Source: Takakia lepidozioides
Lineage: Eukaryota > Plantae > Bryophyta
Assembly: GCA_030704615.1 (NCBI GenBank)
Contig: CM060731.1
Coordinates: 2,418,001-2,482,000, forward strand
DNA length: 64,000 bases
Direction: 5' to 3'
Position numbers and translations under genes: made by a program. Shown one piece after another: positions 12,290-25,394 of this stretch; the stretch's first letter is position 1; each line of letters begins with the position of its first letter. Below the pieces are notes generated by a model. It saw only the letters and a list, made by a program, of their open reading frames with translations. It did no database searches and had not been told where the DNA came from.

Positions 12290-13350
12290 GTGGCCTACGG
12301 GAGTCTTCAACTGATACGAGATTGGTGTGGTCTACGGGGAGGCATGATTGGCAGACGATGTCGCGTTACCTTCAGCCTCCCACCAACAAACATGACATCA
12401 TTTCATAAGCGCTTCAAGTGACGAACGAAATGGTTCATCTGACATCATCCAAATGTTGAACATGTTGAGGTCTTCTGTAATGTGCTCTGCTTCGTAATGC
12501 GGTGCTTCTCCAGTTTTTTTTTTCCCAATTTGATGACATTCTCGATCTGGAAGACATCCACACGTGTATAGAAATCCTTTAAAAAATAAAAAAACCATCA
12601 AAATGAGAAGTTGCGGTCTGGGAATGAGGCTTCCAATTTTGATGGTTATTTGGTTTTTTTAGGATTTCTACACACATGTGGATCTCTTCCAGATCGAGAA
12701 TAGCACCAGAAAGAGGATATGGAGAAGCACCGCATTACGAAGCAGGAGACACTACAAAAAGAGCTTCAAAAGGCAGGGCACCCATGAAGGTGCTTGATCA
12801 ATAGGCGATCGAATGATTCACCTCCCTCTCGAATGGTTGACGATCCAAATGGTTTTTGTTTGCTTCAACTTTGCCACTACGTTCAACATACCATCCAACA
12901 GGTTCCGATACATCAATGTGGCCTAGGGAGAAACATGGTTGGGAGACAATGACGTCACGTTAACTTCCACCAACAAACATGTGATCATTTCATAAGCGCT
13001 TGAAGTGACGATGGGCAAGGTTCTTCATCCAAATGTTCAACATGCTGAGGTCTTATGTAATGTCTCTTGCTTCGTAATGAGATGTTTCTCCAACTCTTAT
13101 TTTTCCAATGTTGATATTTTCCATCTGGAACATATCTACACATGCATATATAAATACTTAAAAAACCAAATGACCATCAAAACTGGAAGCTGGGGATGAG
13201 GCTTATAAAAGTGGAGATGGTCATTTGCTTATTTAAAGATTTCTGCACACATGTGTGGATCTGTTCCAGGTGGAGAACATCAACATATTGGATAAAATGG
13301 AGAAGCACCGCATTACGAAGCATGAGACATTACAAAAAGAGCTTCAAAAT
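12290..13350. repeat. Direct duplication, each copy containing a long inverted repeat (hairpins 3 and 4)
   Basis: About 12290-12770 is similar to about 12918-13350. In copy 1, TGCTTCGTAATGCGGTGCTTCTCCA pairs with TGGAGAAGCACCGCATTACGAAGCA (hairpin 12470-12762); copy 2 (13050-13340) is the same with a slightly diverged left arm. Confidence 0.85.
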
Positions 13351-13351
13351 G

Positions 13352-13770
13352 CATACCATGTAACAGGTCCCGGTCTAATATGAGACGAAACGAAATTCAT
13401 TCAATGGGTGATTGAATGGTTGCACATCCAAATGATTTTCGTTTGTTTTCAATCTTTGCCACTATATTCAACATACCATGTATCAGGTCCCGGACTAATA
13501 TGAGATCAATTGAAATTCATTCGATGGCTCAACGGATGGTTGTCTATCAAAATGATTTTCGTTCGGTTTGAGACTTCGCCAGTATGTTCAATGTACCATC
13601 TAAGAGGTCGCAGAATAATATGAGATGAAACGAAATTTGGTCAATGGGGCAACGGATGGTTGCCCATCCAAATGATTTTCGTTCGCTTCGAGACTTGGCC
13701 AGCATGTTGAATGTACCATCTGACAGGCCCCAAAGTAATATGAGATCAATCAAAATTCGTTCGATGAGCC
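13352..13770. repeat. Tandem repeat of about 120 bp, about 3.5 copies
   Basis: TACCAT..AGGTCC..TAATATGAGA...CATCCAAATGATTTTCGTT recurs every 120 bp. A related copy lies near 12830-12905. Confidence 0.85.
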
Positions 13771-15374
13771 AATGAGGCGTTCACCTGTCATCCACTTTTT
13801 GTTCATTGCGAAAAAGAAATCCTGCAATGCGTGCACGGCTATTGCACCCATTGAACGGATGTGGTTGAAGCCCATCTTTTGCCCGCATGTGCTTGAACAT
13901 GTGTGCGACACATGTGCAGAGACACAACAAAAGAACAAATCATTTGCCTCTCCATCGACGTGCTCACCCCTCAAGCCATTCGAGAATTTAATTGAATTTA
14001 AATGAATTTTAAGCCAATAATTAGGTTTACACTGCCGGATTTCTGCCACGTATCGATTTTTTTTTTGGCTCATTTTTGTTCTGCGGCTTCAAGCATCCCA
14101 CCGCTACTCCCCCGCCAAAATTTGGACCAATAAAAAGTCCAAAAAAAAAAGTGTTATCTTCGCTCACTATTGCATAACACTCTATAAAGAGTGCATGAAG
14201 TAGAACACAAATCAAGTTTGGAGTGCAAAACAGGGAATGTGCCAAATTTGTATGAGCAGACCCCCCTCATACATCTGCTGAATGACATGTTCTTATAACC
14301 CCCTCCTCCTCAACTGACTTCACCCCTTCCCACAACATTTGCCATGAATTGGCAAAAGCTCACATCCCACATCCCACATCCCACAGACTGGGCACATTCT
14401 CAGATACTAAAGTTCTATTGTCACCATTGCCATTTTCCAGCACCCCCGGGACTCCTTATCCTCTTCTTAATCTCCTGGTCTACCTATATAATGGATTTCA
14501 TCTTGGACTGTCGATCACGGAGCAGTCTCCCCACTATAAGCTTCCACGGCCTCAACGTAAAGTCAGCAAAATTGGGCACGACTTTGCCAAACTGGGCGCG
14601 AGTTTGTCAAGCTGGGCATGAGTCCCACTCCTTGACATGATTTACCGACACATGTATAGCCTGTCATGGTGGGATTATATTCTCGTGGTGGTATCACTTC
14701 ACAAAATTTACCTCTTTGCTTTAGGGTGCTGGTTTCATGCCAGTCGAACATGCCCCAATAGAGTGAAGTGTGCTGAATTTTTGGAACAACACTGTTGTGT
14801 GGAGGTGGCAGCTAAGTCTATCCCATAATAAAGTAGCCAGTATGTATCTATGTAGTTTCTGCGCGTATTGCTTGGAAGTCATCACCTCAGTCCATCAGGT
14901 GTTCAGTAATCACAATCAGGTAAGTCAGCCTCCCCAGTACCAAATGTCAATGCATGCTCTATGTGGGCATTCCCATTATACCATCGGAAGGTCATGTTGG
15001 TCTCAGCCCATGTTTTACTTCCTTGCAATGTAAGGAACTAGATGAGAGCCTATCTTACACAAATGTCAGTCTGGCTCCTTCAGACAGCAAGAGTCAATGC
15101 CTTTCCCAATTACAGCTAAAATGTTCAAGCATAGAGCTAGAAACATGGTGCAGTCAGCTCCCTAAGCAAGACAGGAATGAGGCCGATACTTCGACGCACA
15201 ACATTCAGCTTGAGTCCCCCTCCTCCTCCCCATCTCCCTCTTCCTCTTCCTCTTCGCCCTGCAAACTTCTAGTGTCCATGCGCACTTTCATGTCTGCAGA
15301 ACAACGAATATATCAATATAGATTTGTAGAGGACATAAAACATTTGGTATGGTAATCCATTACATTCAAGATGC

Positions 15375-16310
15375 TTAGAGATGGGTACTGGACCCACACT
15401 TCTCGCATTTTAGGTAGCGCTCAGTTGCGTGCTTGCATCTCGCTGCCCTCCTTGCATCTTCGAGCCTCCATTTGTCCATCTCAAAGTTAACATACTGGCT
15501 GATGAACTCCGTCCTTGACTTTCCAACCCTCTCTAGACTACAGCACACACTGCCAGCCCCACAAGTCATTGTAATGAATTAACATGCAACAGAAAAAATG
15601 CCAACTCACTGTTTCCATACCCACTTACAAAATTACCTCCGTTTGCATGTTTTGTGCTCATGGTACAAGAATAGCGAGCCTGCCACCTCTCCTCGTAGCT
15701 TTCGGCGGAGCACCTTCCAGTAGTCATTGCCATCTCGAAACACTTTCTTTAACCGTGCCAATTCGGAAATGTGACCTTTGTCTGGTTTGCATTTTGCGAG
15801 TTTCTGTCTTACCACATTGCCACTTGCAATGCCACCAACAACGTCTTCCACTGCCCTTAATGTCAAATCTCCTTCACCCAAATTCTTAATACGAAAATGC
15901 TGAAACATGTCATCTTCAAACAATTTGGCTAACAATGGTGCCCGTTTTGCCTTCTCTTTTTTCTCCATTGTTGAGCTACCGCGCAAATCTTCCCACAATG
16001 CATTTTCCCTCGCTGTGAATCTAGCCCGAGCCTTTGCATCATACAACCTCTTCCTCTTTTTGGGATCTCCATAAAGTCTCATGTTCCGCTCTTTGTAATT
16101 TTGCTCACTCTTCTTTTGTAGGGTAGGCCGACTGGGCTTACCTGGAGGGAGGCAAGGACCTCCACACTTCACTACCAAGTGACATTGGAAGTTGTGCTTG
16201 TCCTTCCAACCCATGCTTGGTCCATTGTTGCAAAGTAGGCAAAACCATGCTCCCGTGTCGTTTCGTCTGAAGTGCACCCCTTCCTGCGCAAATTGTGGAC
16301 CTGAACAACA
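15375..16310 (-). pseudogene. Unknown spliced gene fragment with a C2H2-like motif and basic/charged helical region, probably TE-associated
   Basis: WFCLLC..HNFQCHLVVKC lies in ORF 15633-16469, with a GT donor near 15636 and a further exon-like piece at 15375-15540. No family recognised. Confidence 0.35.
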
Positions 16311-16314
16311 AAAT

Positions 16315-17400
16315 GTGCTCAAAAGATGTTGTTTGCTATGGGCTTGGGGCCATTGACCCCGTGCCCAGTTTGAAAAGTCCGGAACGTGCAGTGGGCCATA
16401 ACCTGCCTTTGCCAAAGGGCTGATGCCGGTAGTAAGAGCTGGCTTGGAATAAACAATGAATCCGGACATTCTAGATATCCTCTACGAATCCCGCATCACA
16501 GCCATGTTCATGTAAAAACACTGATGTGATACCGTATAGGAGGTCAAAGAACACCCAGAGCCTGGACATTGGGACCGCGGCACGAAGCAGCCAAACCTCC
16601 TCGAAGGTAAATATTGCTTCGCTTCTAACCCGTGGGGGCCACACGAGTGCCACGACCCACCTCTTGGTGGCGAACAGCCACTACCTGCAAGGCATTTCTT
16701 GGACCCGAGGCTTTCGACGCTGCCGCCTTCGCTCTTTTCAACCTAGCCATTGCTAGCGGCAAGAGCTTCGGGAGCAACCTGAAAATAATAGCAAACAAAC
16801 AAAAACTATCACCCAAACACACTACAATACAGCCCTGTACATGCAAATCATCATGGTGGAGGAAGATTTTTTCCTGGCATTGGACAATGACTTACAAAAT
16901 GATAACTGAGTTCACGTTGCTGTCACAAATTGGGCATTTGCAATCCCCCTGTGCTCCCTGCTTCCATTTGGTGAATGTGGTAACGGTTGACATAAATCTG
17001 TTTGCAACCCACTGCCACATGAAGTCACCCCCTCCCCCCCAACCTGCCCCCACTGTGCATTTACTAAACTAAGGCTCTGGCCTCTAAAGGTGTGTGTATC
17101 TCTTTGTAGTCAATGAACTCATGCAGGTTCTACTCCGTCTTCGACCTAGGGTTTCTGGCAAAGATAATGTAGTGGGTTTCAAAGGTTCCGACAATGTCAA
17201 CTGTTGAAGTCACGAGTGCACCCTTTGTAGTCCTGATCTAACGGTTGGAAGGCTTGTTCAGACGGTGAAGGGCCAGCGAATATCTGTTCTCATTATGAGC
17301 ATTGTCTAACCGTGGACATGATATCCACCAACTTCCGGGATACATGGTGTTGTGACATTTTGCAATTTCAATCTTGATTATCCAAGGGGTTCCCTTCATG
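16315..17400 (-). mobile_element. Old, internally deleted copy of the same LINE family as 31461-35905
   Basis: Reverse-complement blocks match LINE 33560-33725 (GGACTACAAAGGGTGC..ACCTTTGAAACCCACTAC), 34660-34810, and the 3' end (CAAACTGGGCACGGGGTCAATGGCC..GCAAACAACATCTTTTGAGCAC). Confidence 0.75.
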
Positions 17401-20400
17401 TGGGAAAGGAGGGCACCTTTAGGAGCTTCTCCATTGTTTCCAGTCAGCGATTTGACTCACTCGAGTTGGACCCTACAAACTGTTGGGCCCTATTCCTCCG
17501 CAAAAAGAGCTGGGCCCGAATGGCACCCTCACAATTCTAGTTCCTGCGTCCCTTTCGACTTCTTTTGCACGTATCATTTGTTCCAGTTTAATTTCTTCTC
17601 AGACCTTACAAGCTGATTCATATCCTTGCGGATGTGGTAGTACAGAGGGGCAGGTAGATAGCAGCAGGAGGGGTAGAGGGTGGGTAAGCACAATTCTCAC
17701 CTGTATGGTGCGCGGACATCTTCTGTTGGGACAGAGTGACGAGCACCTCAGCTGCCAAGCTCGGAACGGAGTGCACCTCGCGAATTTGACGATGGATAGC
17801 GGGCGGCCCGAAATGAAGGCAAGTATGTCTTCGCACAATCACACACCCCCCCCCCCCACCCAAGATTGTGAGGCTATTTGGGGGATGCTGATGACATTGA
17901 GATCAATTGCATACACTTGAAAAACTACGAAGAAAGCCCATTCGGCAGGCTTCGACTTTGATATTTCTAGGATTTCCTCTCGTTTCTCCACTCGGAGCTT
18001 CTGACTCTGCTCCTTCTCTGCATCCTTCTTCTTTGCCTCTTCTACCTTTCTTCTCTCTCAAGCTTCTTCTTCCTTATGCCGTAGTCTCTTTTTTCTTCGT
18101 CTAGCCTTCACATTCCACCGAGGTTAACTTTTCGTCACTCCATTTGATGTGCTTCTGGGTATTTGGCTCCGCTTTTGTTTGAAAAACTCTTAAAGGGCCT
18201 TTTCCCCTGTGTACAAATGTTCTTACCATAAACCGGGCGACCGGCTAGGCCGTGCTCGACACAGAGGCCGCCTGCAAACACCTAGAACGGGGCGACCGCT
18301 GAAACCTGCTCACTTACCTGCCGGGCGGACATTTTGCAGGTCGCGGCTTCACGCTAAATAAGGGGGGACCGCCAAAGCGTTCGCCCCTCTCAAGCATTTA
18401 ACTGGGCGACCGCATGAGCTGTGTAATTCGGAGTAATTGACTACAATCATGTTAAGGTGCACAGTTGTAGTTAGACCTCTTATGTCATTCAAAAAACATC
18501 CGCGGGAATAGGGTGTTCTTCTGTTGTAAGGCTACACGGTTATAGGTCTTCCGGTATTCAATATGTGATCCGCGGGAATAGGGGGTTTTTTCATCCGTGA
18601 GCCTATGCTCCCCAATGCAAACTCACACATCTAGGCTCACGGAATAGCATTCCTGCTGAAAAATGTGTTGCCCTTCTAATTGTCTCTCCTTGGATCAACA
18701 ACCTTCCATGAGGAAGCGGCCCACAAGAGGAAAAAATGAAGGTATTTTGACAAGGCCACCGAAATTTCGTTGGTCTTGTGAAGGGACGTGTTTTTTGCGC
18801 CCCATGAAGCGGACAATTAGGTGGGGGCGCTCCCTTAGAGAGTATTCTTTTTAGACCAATGGGATTGCTTTAACCCTTCCTACGCTACTTGTTTCAGGTT
18901 GCGCTGTTTGAATGAACCATCCCAACTTTTGCAGATGAAGTTTTTCTACATTCATTCCTTTTGAGCATTTATAGTGCATGAGATGGCCCACCTGCTCCAA
19001 TTTATTGCATGCCATTTGGAGCAGGCATGCGACCTCCAGATTTTTCTCAAGGGACATGGGTCAGAAAATTATTGGGTGGAGGGGAGTTGACTTGAAACGT
19101 GGGCCCCCCCTCATTGGGCCATTGAAGCACATTAGGCCAGGGAGGGATGCCAAAACTGTTTGATGCTACTCGACCTATTTGAAATTCGGTTTTCACCGAT
19201 AGATCCTATTGAAAATTTTCCTAGTGCTTATGCGTATTGTAAGACAACCCTTCACCGGAGGGATTTGTGTAAGTATGGTTTTTGGGACGACATGTTTTGG
19301 AGGAAAGCTTCAGGCTTGAGGGGTGAATATGTCAACCCTCACCAAAACACATACAAAGCAGCCTATGCAGTAAAATGTTGCTTTGATATGAAATTTGACA
19401 TGCACTTTGCATTTGTACTATATATTATGTAGATTTGGGGTAGCCCTTTTGGAAAATTCAAAAAGCCCCTTAACATGCTTGGTCAAAGCAAATAAAAGAT
19501 TTTTTCAAACCCAAAAAAAAGAAAATGTCTAAATATATATATATATAATCTCTCAAACTCAATAGTGAAAATTCCTAAAATTTGGGGAGATGGTGTAGAG
19601 GCCAGGTAGGTATGTATGTGTATGGTCAAATTTTGTGGATGAATGCTGGTAGGTTAGCCTCCCGTTAGTTCCAAGGGGTAGTAGTTTTTGGGAGTGAAAA
19701 AATTCACCTTGTAGGAAGTTAAGGGTTAAACATGGGTGTGGTTGATGAGGGGGCAATTGGGAGTGGAACCGTGCACTAAAAGCCACTTTACATGCTCGCC
19801 CGTTGCCCGTGATTATGACGACATGCCCAATATTTGTTTCTATCTTCCCCCTCCCTATGTTTAAAAATGCACTACCTACCCGTGACCGTGCACCCTTTAC
19901 CCATTGACGAGCGCCAAGGCTTGCAAACATTCGCAAAATGCAAAGTCTTGCGGATCACGGTGCCGTGAGATCAGAATATTGTCTACTCACGGTCAACATT
20001 GATAGCAAACCTCCACATTCCAGTCATCTCTAGCCCTAAACGAAGAATTAAACATTGAAAGAATTGGACATTGTTTCCCTCTCAAAGTTGGTTAATTGAA
20101 TGAGGGTCACATTCATATGATTTCCCATGGACGTAATAAATTAATATTACATCTTCCTTTTTTTCTTTATTTTTGAATCATGTATGTATCTTGAAATTGA
20201 GTGGTCAAGGATATAACATGTAATTGTAGCAATACATGCAATTTATGTGATCAACTCCTCAAACATAAATCAATTATTCAATTTCTGTAATGTGTTGAAA
20301 TTGCCGTCTTGCCTTTTTCCACTGTCTTTGAATAAAATAAATAAATGAAAAAAATCACATATGCATGTTGAAGTTGGATGGTTAAGGATATCACATGTAA

Positions 20401-20873
20401 TTCATGTGATAAGGGCTCCACGACACACAAGCCAGTTGTAGCTGGTGATCTCCACGCTTCGAAGGGTTCCCACATTGCAAGGCCCGTTGGCTTAGAAGCG
20501 TGGTCGAAAAGCAAGTGTGACCCGTGACAATGGTGACGTCATTCAACGGCCGCGGGTGAGCATGTAAAGTGTCTCTAATAAGTCCTTCCACCAGGTCACC
20601 ACAACTTGCGGAGCCCCATCAAAAAACCTTTTAAAGTCGTAGCAAATTTTAAATGTACCAATAAATGCAATTGATCAAGCTCATTAAAATCATATGATCA
20701 ACCTTGTCGATTATGGCTTCTGGTGGTCGGTTGCTCCTGGATCTCTAGTGCAGTGACGTCTGTTCCAGATCATGGGGTGGTAATTTTCTGCCGCTAAATG
20801 GCTCTGCCCTTTCTTAGCCTCAGTTCTGTTGTTTCTGTCCAGGGTTCGTCCGGCCCACTTTCCTTGCAATATG

Positions 20874-23800
20874 TGTTGGAATAAGCAGCTCCATATTCAA
20901 CGAATCTACAACTTGACTAAACAAAGATAGACAGATTAAAATTAACTCTAAGTTTGGAGATGCTTTTAAAGGAAAAAGTAAGTCCATTGTGGGACTACTT
21001 TGTATATAGAAAAAGTAGGTGTAAAAAAGCAAGTCTTTTATAAATTGCTTTTTAGCCTAGCTAGAACTATATAAGAAGCTCGGGGTTGAACCACAAAGTT
21101 GTTGTTTTATGACATACTCTAGCTTGTGGTGGTTCTAAGGTTGGGTGGTGAGCTTCTATTCACAAGCAATTTTACAGGTCCCAGGCTTATTTTTCTACAT
21201 GGTATCAGAGCTTTTGGTTTGGCTTTGTGAGGTGTTCTTGTAGGAACATCGGTTTGGCTATGTACAGGCTATGTATTGGTGTTCTTGCAGGGAACATCCA
21301 TTTTGGCTGTGTACTGGTGTTCTTGCAGGGAACATCCATTTGGCTGTGTACTGGTGTTCTTGGAGGGAACATCCATTTGGTTGTGTACTGGTGTTCTTGC
21401 AGGGAACATCCATTTTTGCAGTGTACGTGGTGTTCTTGCAGGGAACATCCATTTGGCTGTGTACTGGTGTTCTTGCAGGGAACATCCATTTTGGTTGTGT
21501 ACGTGGTGTTCTTGCAGGGAACATCCATTTGGCTGTGTACGTGGTGTTCTTGCAGGGAACATCCATTTTGGCTGTGTACGTGGGGTTCTTGCAGGAGGGA
21601 ACATCCATTTGGCTGTGTAGGTGGTGTTCTTGCAGGGAACATCGGTCCGTCTTGTAGAGTGTGTGTGTTTTTTGTGTGTAAGATCTTGTGCTGGACTATA
21701 CAGATCTCCATCAAGATCTCCAACACGATAAACACAAACAACACTTGAGATGAGTTATAGTGGTTGATTGATATTGTGTACGGAACAATTTTTTATCGTT
21801 TTGTGTGCTTTGAGTTTATAGTCAGGGTATACAAAGAGATATGATTCCTTCTATGAGTTCTCGATTTATCGAGAAACTGACAGGTTTGGAAAACTGTCAG
21901 ACATGGATGAGGGTTGTTCTTAACGAGATAAACTTGTGGGATATCGTATCTAGAAGTGAGAAACCACCATCGCGGTGGCGGTCAAAGGACGTACATGAAA
22001 TAGAGGGAGTGTTATTTTTGTTCAAGAAGGAATTGGTGCAATTTTTGCACAAGGTAAACTCGAAGAAAGACTATATGTATTTTCTGGAAATGTACGGTAG
22101 CCTTCTAATGTTTATGTAGCAGAATCCAGTTGGAGCAAAGCTGATCTAAGACATCAACGGCTTGGTCATATTGGAGTGCAAAATTTGCAGCTGATGGCCA
22201 ATTCTAAATTTGTGAACAATTTGGATATCACACGAGATGTCAGTTGACATTTTGTGCAGGATATGTTTACGGAAAACACCATCGTAAACATTTTCCAACT
22301 ACAGGAGGTAATCGTGCCATTGCCTTGCTCGCGTTGGTTCAAACTTCATTATGATATATGTGGACCAATGCAAACACCTTCCATTGGAGGAGGCAAATAC
22401 TTCGGTACTTTTATTGATGATTTCTCAAGAAAGACTTTTATCTACATTTTGAAACAGAAATCTGACATCTTTGAAAAGTTCAAGTTATTCAAAGCTTTTG
22501 CAGAGAATTACCAGACTGGTAAACTATTAAAGACCTTGAGAAGTGATAATGGGGGAGAATATATCATTAATTATGTACCTACAAAGGCTGTAAAAAGTAT
22601 GACTCCGGAAACCTTCTGTTGGACATTTTCGCATATTTGGTTGTGAAGCTTATCCTCATATACCTGGGGAATTACGATCAAAACTTGATGCAAAGGCAAG
22701 GAAATGCATTTTTGTGGGATATAGCGAAGTGACTAAGGTTATCGACTTTATGATCCCATCAAACGATATGTTTTCAATAGTCGAGATGTTATCTTCAATG
22801 AAACTCAAGGAACTCTTGAAAACGAGTCAAATTCAGATATTTGAAGGTGAGTTATCACATCTCAATGGTCAAGATGATGAGTATGGAGAGGTTGAAGCAC
22901 CCGGACCATCTCGAAGTTCAACCAGAGTATGGAATCCTTCTATTAAGTTTTTAGAATCAATCAACATGGCTTCAGCTTTCATAACAAATGTTGATGAACC
23001 TCAAAGCATTAAAGAAGCTTTGAATGGCATAGATTCAGTAAAGTGGAGGGAAGCACTCAATTCGGAATATGAATCTATAATGGCCAACAACACTTAGGAA
23101 CTTGTTCCACTACCATTAGGACGAAAGAAATGAGATTTATATGGATCAACCTGAGGGATTCAAAATCAAAGGTAAAGAGAATTATGTATGTAAACTGATC
23201 AAATCTATTTATGGACTAAAGCAATCACCTCGAGCATGGTAACAAAAGATTGATCACTATTTTGGTTCCACGGGTTTTGTAAGAAGCACTGCAGATCATA
23301 ACATATACGTCAAGCGAAAGGGTAAATATCTCACTGATCATTATCCTTTATGTTGATGATCTCATTCTTGCTTGCAATGATTTGAATTTCTTGTTGGAAA
23401 CATAAGGACATCTCTCAAAGCAGTATGCTATGAAGGATTTTGGTAAAATTCATTATTGTCTTGGGATATAAATTTTCCGAGATAGACGCAATCATACAAT
23501 CCACCTCAGTCAATGCAAATGTATTGAAGAGATTTGGGATGACAGATTGTAAACTTGTTTGTACACTATGGTACAGAACAGAAGACTCTCCAAAGCTATG
23601 AGCCCATAGACTCTTGAGGGTTGGGAAAAGATGAGATCTATACCGTATCAGAGTGCTGTGGGGTGCCTCATGTACGCAATGGTTGGTACACGGCTTGATA
23701 TTGCCATTGTTGTTGGAGCAGTATGCCAGTTCATGGCCAATCCTGGTTTAGAGCACTAGATTGAGGTGAAACGGATATTCCGTTACCTGAAGGGAACCCT

Positions 23801-24718
23801 TGAAGGGAACCCTTGATCACAGTCTCCGCTTCAGAGGGAGCTCGAGTTTGGGGTTGTATAACCTAACTCAGTCTCAAAAGGATCGTGAGGATCTAACTTT
23901 GGTTGGTTTCAGCGATGCTGACTATGCAGGATGTATTGATACACACCGGTCTATAACCGGGTATACATTCATTTTGGCCAATGGTTCCATTAGTTGGAAC
24001 AGTTAGAAACAACCAACTATTGCATTATCAACAACTGAGGCTGAGTATATGGCTGCAACACAAGCAGCAAAAGAGGCAATTTGGCTTCGGAAGTTATTGA
24101 AGGAAATTGGCTATTCACAGAGGTCCAACAACTCTTCAAGAGGACAATCAGAGTTGTATTTCACTTGTGAAAAATCCAACTTATCATGCGCGTACAAATC
24201 ATATTGATGTGTGGCATCATTTTGTTCGTGATAAGGTTGAGGATGGCGAAATCAAGTTAATATTTTGCAGTAGTGAAAATATGGTCGCCGATGAGCTCAC
24301 CAAAGGACTTCCTCGTGATAAGCACGATCGCTTCAAAACTATGCTGGGAATAGTTAAGGTTGAGATTGCTTGATTATCTCGCTGAGAGGGAGTGTTGGAA
24401 TAAAAAGCTCCATATTCAACGAATCTACAACTTGACTAAACAAAGATAGACACATTAAAAGGAACTCTAAGTTTGGAGATGCTTTTAAAGGAAAAAGTAA
24501 GTCCATTGTGGGACTACTTTGTATATAAAAAAAGTAGGTGTAAAAGTGCAAGTCTTTTATAGATTGCTTTTTACCCTAGCTAGAACTATATGAGAAGCTC
24601 GGGGGTGAACCACAAAGTTGTTGTTTTATGACACACTCTAACTTGTGGTGGTTCTAAGGTCGGGTGGTGAGCTTTTATTCACAAGCAATTTTACAGGTCC
24701 CAGGCTTATTTTTCTACA
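20874..24718 (+). mobile_element. Ty1/Copia LTR retrotransposon, internally deleted and decayed
   Basis: LTRs 20874-21199 and 24393-24718 (TG...CA, about 16 mismatches in 326 bp by eye). TSD ATATG. PBS TGGTATCAGAGC at 21200 (tRNA-iMet). PPT GAGAGGGAG. Integrase [37 protein letters not shown] and LYVDDL, RNase H FSDADYAG..ADELTKGL, in Copia order. Confidence 0.97.
21220..21645 (+). repeat. Tandem repeat of 40-44 bp (about 10 copies) in the Copia 5' leader
   Basis: Unit GTACTGGTGTTCTTGCAGGGAACATCCATTTGGCTGT. Confidence 0.95.
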
Positions 24719-25394
24719 ATATGTGAGTCCAATTGAAGTTCTAAGGCCAAACCCCTTTCCTCCAGGAAAACAAAACAAAAAACAAGAATTGTTGAAGGTG
24801 ATACTATTTGTATATCTTTGAAAAGTTTGAGTAAATCTACTCTTAAAAGGCACAAGTGTTCACTGGTTAGCAGAGAGGCAACTGGTGGTTGGGGGTGGTA
24901 TTGGGGGAACAAATTTTCCCCAAATGCAAAAGGCTGGTTGTTTACGATGAAGGAGGACAAAAGAATCTATTGTTTTTGTAAACCTGGGGTCAACCTCAAT
25001 TAAGGAGCGGCCCTGTGGCAAAAGTGAGCTCTAGGTCCTCCTCTCTTTAAAATAAGGCATGCAAGAGAATACTCCCCAGGATATTCGACAAAACCCGGTA
25101 AAACCTAGGATGGACAGAAAGGAGGTACAGGTAGCAGAAAGGAGAAAGCACGCCTTCGAGACATCTGCTTTGAAGGTGTCGTAAATATATCTAAGAGCAA
25201 TTAAAGACTTCATAGTCCATGAATCAAGAGACAGAGTACACAGTCCCATTAATCTTTGTGTTATAACAACTCGAGATCATTTCAGGATACAATGGGTACC
25301 CCCGGAAGTTTTCTTATGATATAGTACAGCCCTACCTGATAAGAGCAGGGTTAACAGCTCCTCGTCTCCCTCCCTCTCCCCCTATACTTTGATT

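Noticed and set aside
18498-18585. ATCCGCGGGAATA motif, twice, also present inverted near 51107 in the MULE subterminus
   Set aside because: A 13-bp match only, with no terminus or TSD found.
21205-21748. Six overlapping repetitive ORFs
   Set aside because: Artefacts of a stop-poor tandem repeat in the Copia leader.
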